DNA of 64,000 bases from positions 1-64,000 of the forward strand of contig CAJNYD010000584.1 of NCBI GenBank assembly GCA_905331295.1, read 5' to 3'. The translations under genes were made by a program, and so were the position numbers. Below the pieces are notes generated by a model. It was not told where the DNA came from. It saw nothing but the letters and a program-made list of their open reading frames with translations, and ran no database searches. This document shows, piece after piece, positions 20,443 to 35,422 of the stretch (position 1 is the first letter of the stretch; each line of letters begins with the position of its first letter). Source of the DNA: Rotaria socialis. Taxonomy: Eukaryota.

Positions 20443-23416
20443 GTAACTACATTCATATTGAGAATCTTGGTTACAGCCAAGCAACCAATACAAAACCCAA
20501 ATAGTGATCGGTTACTTGTATCAATCGAGTAACGCAAACGATAAATATTAATCTAGATAGATCTTTATCTCATATTGAAAAACTAAACTTATCCACGAAG
20601 AGTAATTGAAATGTGGAACCAAAATAAAGAATGATCATTCTTATGTTGTGCTTCCGAAAATCTTTTATGAGAACATTGAGGATATGTGAAACATTTGCAT
20701 TTGACATATTTAATAAAGACCGAATAGTTGAATATCGACGATGAGATCTTTTAACTGTCATCTATGAAATTCACATCACTTTTCGATTATCTAAGTTCTT
20801 CTAAATAAAAACAATTTGTTATACTTTTTCTTATTTAGAACAAACAAATCTATGTGATTTAATCAGAAAAGATCCACATAGTGCAAAATTCTTCATAATT
20901 GTTGTATTTCAATGTCTTCTCTTCTATTCTCTATTTATGATGGATTGCATAGATGGAGCACTTTTTATCGAGTCTTATCGTAATCAATGTGCATCTTACT
21001 CTTTTACACATGTGCGGTTAGCCGAGTTAAGAAAAACGTTAGCTAACGGCTGTTCTAAACTTACACATCTACCTTGTTCTCTTCAAATGGACATTAATTT
21101 TTATTTTTTCCTGTCAAAATTACTGCTAATTTATCATTCAAGGATCATCATTGACACGATATATACTTGGCATCGAACTGTTCACTTGCTCTCCTGCTTT
21201 TCTACTTTATCTGCTACTACAGTTATCATTTTTGGTACTGATCGTATTCTTTTTTATGATAAGATACTCGGTGTGAGCTCTACACTGTGTGTGTCCAAGA
21301 ATATCCAAGATCCATTAAGTGTAGTCTGTCGATGCAATTTATCATCGGATGAACTCGAGAAGTTTCCTCAAAATGATGCTTCAAAACGCGCACGCTTTTA
21401 TTGGTGGTCAAAGAAAATGAAGAAATTTGGCGTAATTGCAAGAATTATTACTATCTTTGTCTGTGTCTATGTCTGGAATCTTTTCTCTTTAAAAATAAAG
21501 TGACGTTTGTAAGACGTCTCTACTGGTTCAATTGAAAGACATTGTAAGTAAATTATGTGTAGTAGTTTTGGTTGATGTGTTCTATATATATATATATACA
21601 TAAGCAAGAGCCCGTTGGTAATGATTATTACTTCTTCTGTAAACCAGAAGTTTTGAATAGATTATTAAAATTACAGCTCATACAAAGATATTCTTGAAAA
21701 GATTTTCCGTAAGATACTACTAAGACAGCTGTGACGAAAACTTTCAACTATACAAGACGTCTGTTTGCTTTACTTGCACTTGAATGAATGAAGGACCATT
21801 AGACGAGCAGATATTTTCATCTTTATGATTATTTTTTAAGACTAAATTCTGAAAAATACTAATGAATACGGAAAAAACCTGATTGAAAATCGAAGAATCT
21901 TGTGCGAAGTGTACTTCGATAGTACTAGTAGAATTCATTATTGCAACTAGCTTTATCGAATGTTCTTCTTGTCGAAGCTTTATAAGAAAAAACAAGTTTA
22001 TTTTGCATGTCACGCACATACGTCAAAATCAATCTCGAATAATATTTAATATATAGAACAATAATATTGTTGTTTCCAATTTTCACTCGAAAATCGAACA
22101 CATGACTTGTAGATAGTTAAGTGACATATTGAAGCCGGCGCCTACGAAACTGACAAAAAAATACATCGTAGATTTTCGTAACCACGTGCCGAAATAATAA
22201 ATATTCTATACAGAATCGCACATAACTTATTATGTGACTCATGAGGCAGATGTCACAAGTTGAAGAGTATATTTTTAAGGTCGATTATTACTTTTGTTTT
22301 TCATATTTCAATCATGTTTTTATGACGTACTGTTATTCTGACAATATCAAACCGTAAATATCATAGCTACTGAACAAGATCAATTATGCTAAAAATTTTG
22401 ATGAAGGGCAGATGATTTCCTACTTGTGATGTAGCATCAGAAAAATCCTTTATTAATGACATAGATAAAAATGCTAAAACGTGCAGTTATTGTGCTGAAG
22501 CATCTTCTCAGAATTAGTCTCGTAGGGAAATAGTGCAGTTTCCAGATGCTTAAGTTATTCCAAGCAGATATATACCAAAATAACAATAATACAGTAACAG
22601 GAGAGTTGTTTTTATTTAAAATAAGTACTGGAGAAGTAAAGCATAATCATCATTCTTATAGAATATATTCATTTCTTTGATTAAGTTAAATCATTCAAAT
22701 GATCTATTCATATTGGATAGAAAATTTATTTTATCTACGAAAAAATTACGAATTGAGTTGTGTCCAAGTCTTATGAATTATTCATTGCAAATAAATGAAT
22801 ATTGAAATTAACAATTGGAAAAATTAGTTTCACAGTTGAACTCAAGTTTTTTTCTATTACTTTTATTTCTGAATACCGAGTACCGCAACCACCATTTCAT
22901 TCTAACACATGATTTGGCCATTAAATGTTTCTGACAAATAGGTTTCCTTTGTGCAATTATTTTCATATCATATTTCACTTTTGCTTTTAGCAGGTTCTGT
23001 CTCGAGAAAATCTATAATTGAGCTGCCATAAATGCCACTCTTTTCCTAAATGTGTCCTCACTATTTCCTATTCATTCCTCATTATCAATGCTAATAAAAA
23101 TTTCAACTTTGTTTCATATTTTTTAGCTTCGTCACTGCCGAATGCTAATAATAGATTCATGCTTTTTTCATATAATATACTTCAATCAGCCAATCAAATT
23201 ACATTTACTCTTTGCCCTGTGATGGAAAAAAGAACTGAATATGATCAAAACAAGAATACAATAGTTCTCTAAAAAATGAATTTTGAAAGATACTGTTTCA
23301 TCTATGAAGATCAAAAATCATAATAAATAATGAATGCTTATTAATTCACATAAAAATAAATCGATAAATCATTATTCTGGAAATCATCCAATAGATTAAT
23401 CAATTTGTATCAAACT

Positions 23417-23583
23417 CAGGGACGGCGCGAAGCAACAAAAATATAGGGGGGCTACTTGAAAACGGGAGTTTTTTTCAAAAATCGGAGTAAATCAATAAAA
23501 ATTTCTTCTATTTTCTTCAAATCGGAGTAAAATTGAAACAAAAATTTCCAAAGTTGGCCCCTCCCCCGTTCGCGCCGTCCCTG
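23417..23583. mobile_element. 167-bp hAT-type MITE
   Basis: Perfect 15-bp TIR CAGGGACGGCGCGAA; perfect 8-bp TSD ATCAAACT. Confidence 0.93.
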
Positions 23584-24766
23584 ATCAAACTGTCATTGGC
23601 ATAAGAATCGAATATGGAACGACTATTGGGAATTATCTATTGATTGCATTTCTATTTGTTTAGGGAAACAGATCATCATATTCTAGTTGAGTTCATTCTC
23701 ATTGTCCTATAATAAGATTTGTTTTAATTTTATTATTATAATTTCACTTGTCAGAAAGATAAGATACTTTCGAATTTTCAATCGAACGTAAAAGTTTGAA
23801 TAAAGTTGATTAGCAAAAGCAAACTGTACGGAGACAAGTTTTTTAATTATTCATAAAAAATATGCAGATGAATGATAATTATAAATTAGTAAAAAATATG
23901 TCGCGAATCAGTTTTCTTTTCTTTTCTGTAGAATTTTGCGGGAGAGGCAATAGTGCATACTAGTTTTATCCAAGCCTTTGTGACTTCTTTCCGCCACCTT
24001 GATCTAACTATTAAGAACAATAAACACCAAAAATCTTTTTCTACAACTCCTCGACAGTAAAAAAAACAACGAACAAGAATAACAATACTTCAATTACTCG
24101 ATGCATTTATTATAGAAAGATTCAAACGTAAGTTATTGTGAATTTCAATTATGTAGCTCTTCGCTATTTTTGAAATAGCATTAAAAATATAATATAAATG
24201 ATGCACAAGGCAAGTAATAGTATCATTTTTCCCAATTAGCAATTTTGAATGGCAAATAATTGGTATATGTTATTACATCTTTTATAATCATTCATAAATA
24301 AACGAAATTGAATAGTGGTTATTCTGACTTGTATGTAACTCCGAGTTTAGGACGAAGAGAAGGAATGCGCTCACAGTCTTTGTCTACTTTCAGCACATTT
24401 CCCGTAAGGTCAATCAGCTGTACCAGATTAATTCCAAGTCTCTCCTTGTAATTCGAATGAATAAGAAAAGCAGCATTTGCGTAGGATCTAAAATAAAGCA
24501 TTTTTCAGATCTGTTTTTTACAGACAGATAATTATGTTGAGAAACATGCGAACATATTTATATCAAATGTCACTATGATTGATATGTACCAACCCTCTAC
24601 GTGCCAATTAAATCAGCAGTTAAAATTAGATCAATAGCAAATTAAGACAGATGAACTGCAAAATAAATTCGAAGTAAAGAAATAGATAAGATCGATCCTT
24701 TTTTTACTGGCATTTACTTTTCCTCAAAAATAAGCCATAGTCTGTTTGAGATTATTCATTTTACAC

Positions 24767-25500
24767 CAGAGGCCGTCACAGAGCAGTCCTGCCCTGCGCC
24801 CTGATAATTTTTCCTATAAACTGATATACAGCAGATTTTTCAGTCGATTATGCTGACATGGTGATGGATTATAATGTATGTCATTATGCGCCAGTCACTG
24901 TGAAATTTGTTGCTATGTCTAGTTCGGACAATACCAGTTTACTCATTTATTATCATATAATTCAATTATAAAAATAAAATACTGATTCAACATGTTCTAA
25001 TGGTAAATTTCTTCGCATGTTTTAGTTTTGTATGCTTAGTTCTCTATGTTTTAAATTATTTTCACTTGATATGAACTCGCCCGGTTCTACAAAATTAGAA
25101 AATCTCTTGTTTCATGATAAATCTTACCACCCCATAATACACAATGAATCTCTTGCTACTGGTACATTTTGAAGAGTCTTTATTTATCCAGCGCGATGAG
25201 TTGAGGAGAATAAATGTGAAAGATTTACTCGATTTCTCACTTATTCAAATTATATACATATTCAATTCGCCAGATCATGATAAGCGCATTATTTTTGCAG
25301 GGAACTGATTTTTGTGATAATCTTAATTGCGGTTTGCTACTCATATTTAATTATGTTTTAAGCGCATATCTATATTTTCTCGAATATAGATAAATAAAAT
25401 ATGAGTACTTCACTTTTCAGCGGTCACAACACTTTCATTTAGTCTTTACCTTTTTCAATATTTCAGTTCCATTTATAATCATGCCCTGTGACGGTCTCTG
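24767..25500. mobile_element. 734-bp hAT-type MITE
   Basis: TIRs CAGAGGCCGTCACAGAGCA / CAGAGACCGTCACAGGGCA (17/19); perfect 8-bp TSD TTTTACAC. Confidence 0.92.
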
Positions 25501-28500
25501 TTTTACACATCTGGTAGCATTTTCATTAAACAAAACGTGTGAGTTTCACACTCTAGTCTCAAAGGAATTATTCGTTGACAAGCTCTTCATCATGAATTTG
25601 GAAGTCTCTCCATAAATTATCGTAGTTTTATGCGATGCTTTTATCAGCTATAAGATAATATGATAAGGCAATTATGAGTACTAATCAATGTGTATTTAAT
25701 AATGAAATGCTATACTCATCATTTACTAGTTTCCGTTACTAATTTCATCGTATTCTATTCGGTGAAATTCCCAACCGAATAGATCTTGAAAAGTTATCTT
25801 AAGCAGTCGTCTGTCAATAAATAATTTAGCATGCAAATATTCATAGAATACATCCTCATATATCTCCTTAATAGCAATAAAAGATTGCCATGAAATAGAC
25901 GGAAACCAAGCACAAATAGTATTCCTAGATGCGTCATAATAAAAGATTAATCGGTTATTTTCTGTAGACACGTGCCAACTGTTTGGGTTTCGACTAAATT
26001 CATCTGTCTACTTATCTACAACAGAGACAACCTTTTCTCTTCTTTCTTTCACAACAAAGTTTTCCTTTTCTTGATATGTAGATTCAATCATAGAACAACA
26101 ATTATTAGCTATCGATCAACTAAGCATCCAGCAGAATGTTTATAACCTGTATTTCATGTTCGAATTCGTTCTAAAATTATAAATTTTCCTATTAATAAAA
26201 ATAAGTAAAACAATATTCACAACGAATTTTGTTGTTAATACGTGTGAAAATCAGCACTGACAAATTTTCATAATCGACTAAATGAGTAGACGAATGCATA
26301 ACCGATAATTAGACATTAAGTTTCTATTTTTTCCGACTGTTACTTTCTCAATTGATAAAATCTATTGATTGTAATTGCTACTTATTAAAGCAAAAGGCAA
26401 TGGCATTGAATTATTAGCAATTATTTTGTTTTTTGTTTATGTTCTCAGTGTGCAGCCATCATTGATCTTTCCCTTTTTTTTCTGGTTTTACTTGATATTT
26501 TCTAGCGTTTGTTCCGAATACGTTATTTTGATCTGATAGAACCTGCGTTGATTGTAGCCGTGTTTACAAAATAGGGCCAACAAGAAAACACTTTTTAATG
26601 AATACCATCATTATGTCGTATTATTCAACGATGTGATCATAATATTTTTCTCACTATTTATTCTTATCAAGAGAACTCTATTAGTTATTGATAAGAAATG
26701 TTTGTTTACTTATCAATGCCTATTTATCATTACGCATAGATAATTTATGCCTTTAAAATCGAGAATTTACAAGTCCATTTTATTTGAAAGTTTTGCTTTT
26801 CATAACCGATAAACAGTCTTTTGATGCATATACGGAATTTCTATAAAGTAAATCAAAGATTTATTTGCAATGATTTCCGTTGAGCTTCTCCTATGTTGAT
26901 AGCATTTATTAACATTAATATATATACAAATTTTATTTAGATAGATAGCGCACTCATCAATCAAAAACTTCATCTTAAATTAACTGTTTTATTCATCGAT
27001 CTCTGCAATCAAATTTTCTCTATTTTCTGTAATATACAAAATATAAAGAAATTTTTTTTAATGTGCTCTGTTCTATTGATAAATTGCAAATTCTCAGAAA
27101 TCGAAATGCAAAATTTATGAGATGCAACAAATCGTCAACACATTTAGCGAGGAAGGCCCATATCTGTTTTTGCTCAGTGCAAGAAAAAAGTAGGAGGGAT
27201 AATTGTCACATAAAGAAAACGGAAAAAGAAAGAAGAATATCTCTTTTTCTGTTTTGGTTACTGATAAGCGTAGTCGATTAATCTTGAATACTCTCTGTGC
27301 GCGTAGTTTCATCCGATAAATCTTTTTTCTTGGCTTTCCTTCTTCTTCATTCGTTATCATTTACACGACAATAACTGCCAGTGTAAATACACGCTTCAAG
27401 TCTGTTATCCACCCGATGACGATTCCTATTCAAGAAGAAAGATTTTCCAAATGTAAGCCATCTATTGTTTCTTTTCTTTTATACGATAGCACAGTCCCAA
27501 AACATTATTGTATTGTAATCAATCAATAATTCAACTCTTACGGAAATCAAATTCTCTCGTGAATTGTTAAATGGCTAAGTGGCAATAAAACTACTCCGCA
27601 ATCAAAATTAGTTTTGCATAGGTGAGTGCTAAAGAGAGAAATACGTATGATATTGTGAAAAAGTCATTATGATCTTATTTGTATTTATGAAGTTCATTAT
27701 GTAAGATAGTAATTTGATGTGTTCTTTTATGTACTCTTTAAAATCATAATGATAACCGATTTGAAGAATAAGGCTACATTGCATGCATATGTGCCTCGTA
27801 GTTTTCATGTCATTCGGAATCAGAAAACCAAAGTCGACAAGGTTAATTGAAAAAAATTCCTTGAATATCTGAAAGATGTACCGTTACGATAATCATATCG
27901 GACAAAACTATTTTCTCTTACATGTTTTATTGTTATCATATCATTATTTTATCAGTCGTCATTTTTTTTCTTTTTGTCACAGTCGTAAGTTAATTTCTAT
28001 TCTAATAGTCTTTGTTTCTGCCCTCGCAGCAAATAACTAAATAAATCGTAGCTATGACATTGATCAAATTTCCTGTTGTAATGTAAAATTTTTAAGAAAA
28101 AAACAGCAACATATGCGGGAGGAGGATAGCAGATAATTGATTTTTTCCTTAAAAATGAAACCAATGCCACAATTGAAATTGCACTTCTGGCACTTTTTGA
28201 CTTCCTAAGCCTAAATATAATTTACCTGACTACGCGAGTGTCACAGGTTGTTTCGTTTCACCAATCAATCATGAATTGTTGTAGTGAACATTAGATTCTT
28301 TTTCTTCTTTCCATTTTGTTTTCTGTGTGTGTGTGTCTCTCTCTCTCTCTCTGTCCTTCTATCTCTTTCTTCTTTTACAAGTCTGCGTATAGCACGGTTG
28401 ATTATTCTCGCAGACGTCACAGTTTTTTTTTCTATACCGACGAATTGCCTTCAGTGCCTGCACTATTACTAGTAATATTACTGCGCTCTATTGTTGCCAT

Positions 28501-30307
28501 TACCAAAAAAAGAGTACTTAAACAAGCAGTGTTCCTTTTTCATTATTGGTACTCGGAAATAGTTTGCTTTTGTTCTCCACTCATAACTAACACACAAGAG
28601 ACACGACGCAAACAAAATTGATTAAAAATTATCTATTTATTTATTACTATTGTATCATTCGTTTATTGGAGAACAACGAAAAAACTTTCCATCGACTATC
28701 GAACAAATTGAGAAAATCTTTTGTCATCATATAAATATTTCATTGTGACATCGGCTACAAACCAAGGGAGGCACAAAAGAGAGACAAGAAAAAAAACTAA
28801 GCATCATTTTAACAATCACGTATCGATCATCGTCTTGTTAGAACCCATTTGTATAGCAATACATCATATTAACCAAGCAAAAAAAGTAAGTGTTACTTAT
28901 ATATATGTCATACAGGCGATTGTAAAACATGAAAATATAGTATCGTATTGTGCTCGTTATAATTACTATTTAAGTGTCGTTCAATAATAAACGAAAACGA
29001 TTTTAGTATTGATCAATATTTGCTAGGCTATTTCCCACTTCAATAATTTTTGATTGAGACATTTATATAAAGAAAAGAAATAAAAATCCTTGATGATTTT
29101 TCAGAGGTAAAACAAATAGAAAGAAAGATCATATTTTATCTAATAACAAGGCCTAAGTTTCTATTAGTCATCGCATAATGCTAAACATAAAAATAAAATG
29201 TAAAATAAGCGCCAAAAAAAAGTTTTTCTTCTACCTGAAGGCTTAGCAAAGTGAAATGCTAATCCGATGTACTCTTCTTTTCATATTTATATCTATCTCT
29301 TTTGCTTGGTCTCCTGTGCAAATATACATATGTACGATTGCTTATTCATATTATCGATCGATGCTGCCTTTGTACGTTCTGTGCCTTTGGACATCCCGCG
29401 GTTAAGCCAATATCGACAATTATCTATTACTTTTTTTCTCTCTTCTATGATGTTATTTGATGTTTGCTGATATTAATCGTATGTGTCGAAAAACATGGTT
29501 AGCAGACACATTGCTATGAATCTTCAGTCAAAAACATTTTTTAAATATACGGATCTATGAAGTTGTTTGTAATATTCTCCAAGGAATATATAGATCATAT
29601 TTTCTCTTGATCTATTTAACAACTCTTATATATATATATATGACATAGAGAAAAATGCAAGAAATAAAATCCAACCATGTTATGAAAAAAAAAATATCTA
29701 GATTTATATGCATAAAGAATTCTTACGTGTGGGCATGCGAGAAAAGAAAATAATAGGTGGAAAACTAATGGTAAACATTAGTAGAATTATTCACTTATTT
29801 TTTATTTTTTTCTTCGCTCCCGCTCCAAAGGACTGAAGATAGGTAAAACAAAGAATTTCTCATTCTTATCGCAATATATAGACCAGAGTTTGACAGCTAC
29901 CGGCACTCAAATACATGCGGTAGTTGAATTTATATTTAAAAGACAATTTGATTTTTAAAGTAAAATCATTATTTATTGACATGCAAATTCTGAATAATAG
30001 TAATTGTCATGATTGCACGTAGGTTCCATAATTAAATCTTGTTCTAAATAGGAAATATTATTTATTCACTTGACGAAGAAAACAAAAATTTCATGTTTTA
30101 TTATTTCTATTTAGTGATTAGTCAAGTCTTCTACATAAATACGTATCCTCTACATCGTATTGCTACATCTGTTATTATTGTCTTCTTGTCATTTTTATTC
30201 ATTCATCATGTTTGAAAACAACAGAAAAAAACATTTACCATCAACAAGGTATCACAGTAATCAACGTTTATTTGCATTTGCTTCATCATTATCTTATTCT
30301 CATAATC

Positions 30308-32540
30308 ATGGTTTATCGTCCTTATGTAAAAAATTTAGTCCGGATCAATCATCAAAATCTGAAAAAATCTACCGCCAACAAAAAGGAAATAAACAAAACA
30401 TCCATAATACTCGATCATCATGCCCCAAGCAATTTCTTAGCCATTTCCGTTGTAGCTGCTATCATTTATGTTCGTTCACATGTGAATTTTCCATTCCATA
30501 TAATACTATTCAAAATCTCCATGTTTCATCAATATTTACTCGACAAAATTGTTCGAGTACATCATCCATCAATTCATCGGATTATTTTTCTGAAAAAAAT
30601 TGAAATTTTTATTGATTTCATTTTATCAACAGATCATTTAAACAATTATATAGTTGAACGACATTTGAGCTATATTAAATCTAAGCAAATATTTTTGCCT
30701 AGATTAACTTTATTTATCTTACTATTACTATTTCTATTTCCTTTAACACTTGCAACTAAATCACCGTCAACAACAAAATTTGATCGTTTACTATTTACGA
30801 ATTATACCGGCGTATTATCTTTGAATTTCTCGTTGCATAAATCACAATGGCACGCTGGATGTTGTAGATTATCTAATGAAGCAATGTGCGACTCGAGATC
30901 ATATTCTCCATTATCAGGTCATAGTGTCTATGCATCGAATGATACATCCAGTGGAACATTTTTATTCGATGGTGGTAGTCACTTTATCGATCGCCGTCAA
31001 TTTTTGCATTCAAACGAGTTCTTAAACGCTCCTGATTTTCTCCACAATCAGACAGTATTCTGTTTACGTTACGATGTATTTCGCCATTTATCATTAAAAC
31101 CATTAGCAATATTTACTTACTGTATTGTTGTCATCGGTATTATATTCAATGCATGCGTATTTCTTGTTCTAATGTGTGGTTCGATGAGACGATCAACCTC
31201 ATTTACACTATTCTTAGCTTTAACGTGTTTCGATTTATTAAGTTTAGCGTCGAGTCTATTCGCTCTACTATTTCGAACTGTTATGACTTATCTTAAAACT
31301 TCAGCTTTATTCTGTAAAATGTTTGGAATATTTTTCCTATATTTTCGACAGTGCTCATCGACTACATTACTATTAATTGCCATTGAACGTTGTATTGTTA
31401 TTAAATATCCATTTTGTCGATATATATTTGATAAATTTCGTTTACCGTTTCTAGCATTCGTTATGCTTATGTTTGTTGTACCAATCCCGTTTGACTTTGT
31501 ATTCTATACAAGTGGTGCACTACATTGTGAAGCATTTGATACGTTGCATGCACATCGTTATCAAATATTTCGTGGATTTTTTACTGTATTCACTTACGCG
31601 ATGATACCATTTGTTGGTATAGCCATAAGCAATTTGTTGATCATAATTGAATTGAAAAAAGCAAAAAAACGCTTTATAATTAAAGAGAATGATGGAACAA
31701 TGAGAAGTTTAGCCACAAAGTAAATATACGCATACATAAATTTCGAATGTGAATTTTTCGATAGTTAATAAAAAACAGGAAAAAATTGAAAAATGATTTT
31801 TTTTTCTCTATTAATTTAGTTCCGCTGAAAAACGTGGTACAACTGTTATGTTATTTGTTGCATCATTTGCATTTCTTCTATTACTTGGTCCATTTTATGT
31901 TCACTGGTGTATAACATATCTGTTTTACAATTATCCACAATGTCGTTTCACGCGAAATTTATATGAAAATGTACAAGTTTGTATGGGTGTATTTCATCCA
32001 TATTTAACTGTTATAGAAAAAGGTATGCGTGAATTAAATCATGCAACTAACTTTCTGTTGTACATGGCAACATCATCACGTTTTCGATCTGATTTTAAAA
32101 CTATATGTTTTCGACTTTTCTATCGCATATTCGGGCCCGTAATTTTATTTTTTTTGAAACACGTGTGTTCTTGTTGTACAGAACCAACATTTCTCGTTGC
32201 ACTTCAGCAAAATGTGTCAGATACGATGGATCTAGAGACATCACTTGATACGCGTCGAAAAAATCAAGCAGCCTATAAAACATCACATTATTTTACAAAT
32301 ATTGAACGAAGACGACGACAAAATCAGTTACTTCAAACAGCATTTACCGATGATACTAATACGACGATGCTAGGCCCAAAACTATCCCCTACAGTGTCGT
32401 TGAATGCATCGCCTAGAGGTACATCGAAAACTGTACGAACATTAACATGGAATCCATATGATCGAATTGTGCGTACCAATAAAAATGAAAGGCAAGCTGC
32501 GCGTATATCCGAACATTTCGCAACATCAAGTGTTATTTAA
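30308..32540 (+). CDS. Class A (rhodopsin-like) GPCR, peptide-receptor-like, with a long N-terminus; 2 coding exons
   Basis: Exons 30308-31719 and 31820-32540 (100-nt GT-AG intron, in frame). Seven TM segments with GIIFN (TM1), LTCFD (TM2), AIERC (DRY variant), LLLLGP (TM6) and NHATNFLLY..S..FR (TM7/H8). Start is uncertain: first ATG at 30308, alternative at 30521. Confidence 0.88.
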
Positions 32541-33753
32541 AAAAAAGAAATCTTTTTTTTCTCATGTTTATATTTGTACCAAATATTTTTTTCCTGTGTC
32601 TTTATTTATTATTATATTTTTCCTGAAATATCTACGGCATTGATGCTATCTTCGATTTTTTATTTCTTCATTATATATGTTTAGCTAATGTCTACAGATG
32701 GTTATCAAGGAATCTTATGTGACATGTTTTTAAGGTTCTATTGATTATATGATTGACAGAGTTAATTGCTATGTCCTAGATACAATAAACAAGAACAAGA
32801 AAATGATATGAAGCAGCAATGCCTGTCTATACATATCGACTTCGTAAAGCTAAGTCACATAGACAATAAATTCTGTCATAGACCTTAATATAACATAATT
32901 ATTCTAACTTTCCCAATATCAATAGTACAATGCAGATATACACAAGCATCTAGATCTTTCCAGGAAAGTCGATGTTGACTGAACAATCTTCTCAAAGAAA
33001 ATAAAATACCGATAAGGTTACCATTCTTTCGTTTTTTGTTTTCTTGTCCATCATTTAAAGTGCTCTTGATCAAATGATTTTCAAGGATATTCAAGTAGCT
33101 GTCCACTTCAAATGTATATATAGAAGTGAATTTATGGAAGGAATTATTTCATTGACACTAAGTAAAGCATTTTTCTCTTATTCCTTTGTGTATACACCGA
33201 ATAAATAACAACAATCGTTCGATCGACCGTTTTTTACTGAACAATAGACTGAACGTTGGTTTAACCATTCGATAATAATAACAAAAACAAACTTCTATGG
33301 CTTGTTATCGTTCTTTATTGATGAACATCTCATTATTCGAATAAACAAAATAGAAAAGAAAATTTTCGTTATCTTTCATATATTTTTTGTTAAGTTAAAT
33401 CTTAGTTGTCTAACCTTTTGGATTGTCTATCATTTTTCTATGCTAATATATTCGTTCTCACATTTAGTCTCGCCGTATTGATCCGCTTTTTCTTTTTCGT
33501 TCATTCTCTCTTCATCACTATTCTCAATAGAAATAACATCCGGATTGAAGGAGCGGCATACTATTCTCATATATGTATATATTCAAGTAGAAGAGTAAAC
33601 ATACAATTGAACACATCAAACCTATTCAGTCAACGGCAAGGCCATTCGATGAATGTTTGTATTTGTGTGACGAATACGATAGAAGAAAATAGCAAGTAGG
33701 AAAAATATTTAACAATCTCAGCTTATTGAGGAAAAAAAAGCAACGATCAAATC

Positions 33754-35422
33754 ATGCGATTACTCAACTACTACTATGTCGCCTATGTAATTCTAATATT
33801 TGGTCTAGAAAGTTCGAATGGAAAAATATTAAATGGTTGTCGATTTGATCAAAATTTTTATAAAAATCATCCAAATATATTTGAATTAAATAAAAATCAA
33901 ACGTCATTAACTGTACGACCATTGTATGCATTACTAAATCAATCATTTTCACCTTCAAATCAATCGCTATCAATTGGCATCATTTATCGTTTTGCAAATA
34001 CCTATTTAGTACCTGTACCATTCGTTTTTCAATGTCCAGAAGAAAGTGAACAAGTCTATGTACCAAACGATTGTGAATTTACAATGATTGATATTCGAGT
34101 AAGACCAAAATTGAGTTTTCTCATTAAGAATTGACATTTTTCTTCAATTGAAGTATGACTTTTAAAAACAGCCAATTAATTGACTAGATGCAATACTTCC
34201 ATGTGCGAAAGAATAAGTGCATAAAAATAGAATTTGTTAATTTTTTTCTACTTGACTTTTTGCTCCGATAAGCAGATCGTAAGTGTTAGATATGAAACAC
34301 ATTTACCTGCATATTTCTAATTTGACCGGGAGTATTTTCTTAGCAATGAAGCGAACTATTAAAAAACATAATTATGTTAGATATGAACATTGTTGTTTAC
34401 CCTTCGAGCAAGTGTCATGAATGATGGATAAATTGATTAGAAATAGTTTAGCGAGAAAATAATTTTCTTAGGAATTGAACGAACAATTTATTAAGCCCGC
34501 AGTTTTTTTGTTTTTTTTCTAGTCAGATTTATCTACTCGAGTATCTGAATCAACGCGTACAACAACTGTTCCACTTCATTTTCAAGACAATTCTTCATCG
34601 AATTCATTTTCATTATATGGTGCTTATTTTAAACAATCGACAATAGCATTGAAAAATTGTCGTTTAATATCCAATGAAAAACTTATTATATCAGATACAT
34701 TTCATTTACGTATTGAATTTGAACAAACAATAGGTATGAAATGTTACGAGAAATGTTCACATCCGCAATTATATGAATGTTCATCGTCAACGCATACATG
34801 TCAATGCCGTTTACGAGATTCTTCAACCGAACAAATTGGTCATCTTTGTGTTGACACAGAAATTGCATCGAATTGTTCTCGTACACCAGAACGGTGTCGT
34901 CGTTTATGTCATATTCAACAACAACTTCACACGGGTGAAATTGATCATTATTGCCAATGCCCATTAGGAACTCGACGTATATTTTCAAATAATATATATC
35001 ATTGTGAACTACCGAAACTGGTTGAATGTGACAATAATCTTTCAATAGGGAATTGCCCGAAACATTATACATGTCAAGAAAATCGATGTGTACAAACATT
35101 GTTATCGCGTCGTATAAATGAATCAATTCTGCCAATACCATTCATATTAATAGGTTTACTTATCGGTGCTCTATTAATAATCATTATACTTATAATTGGT
35201 CTTATAAAAATGCGTTCAGTAAAATGTGTAAAATTTGTTCATCAAAAAACTGTATTATCAACTCATTCGATGAATTCGTCACCAGCAACAATAACACGTC
35301 TATCAACAGTGCCATCATCATCGTCTCCTTGTTCGACATTATCATCCTCATCGAAATCAACGAAATTATCATCAACAAACAAAACACTAGAAAAATATAC
35401 CAAAGTCGATTTGTTCGAATGA
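33754..35422 (+). CDS. Single-pass type I membrane protein with Cys-rich/EGF-like ectodomain, ~414 aa
   Basis: Exons 33754-34098 and 34523-35422 in frame; signal peptide MRLLNYYYVAYVILIFGLESSNG; C-x-C modules (CQCRL, CQCPLG); TM segment IPFILIGLLIGALLIIIILIIGLI; Ser/Thr-rich tail. Confidence 0.8.

Noticed and set aside
20937..21503. 188-aa ORF
   Set aside because: No recognisable domain; reads like frame-shifted pseudogene debris.
21744..26150. Scattered minus-strand exon-like fragments (21744-22019, 24319-24501, 25726-25971)
   Set aside because: Interrupted by stops and cannot be assigned or joined into a gene model.
34686..35141. 151-aa antisense ORF (and similar shadows at 1364-1684, 41406-41822, 44800-45063)
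   Set aside because: Opposite-strand shadows of real coding exons.
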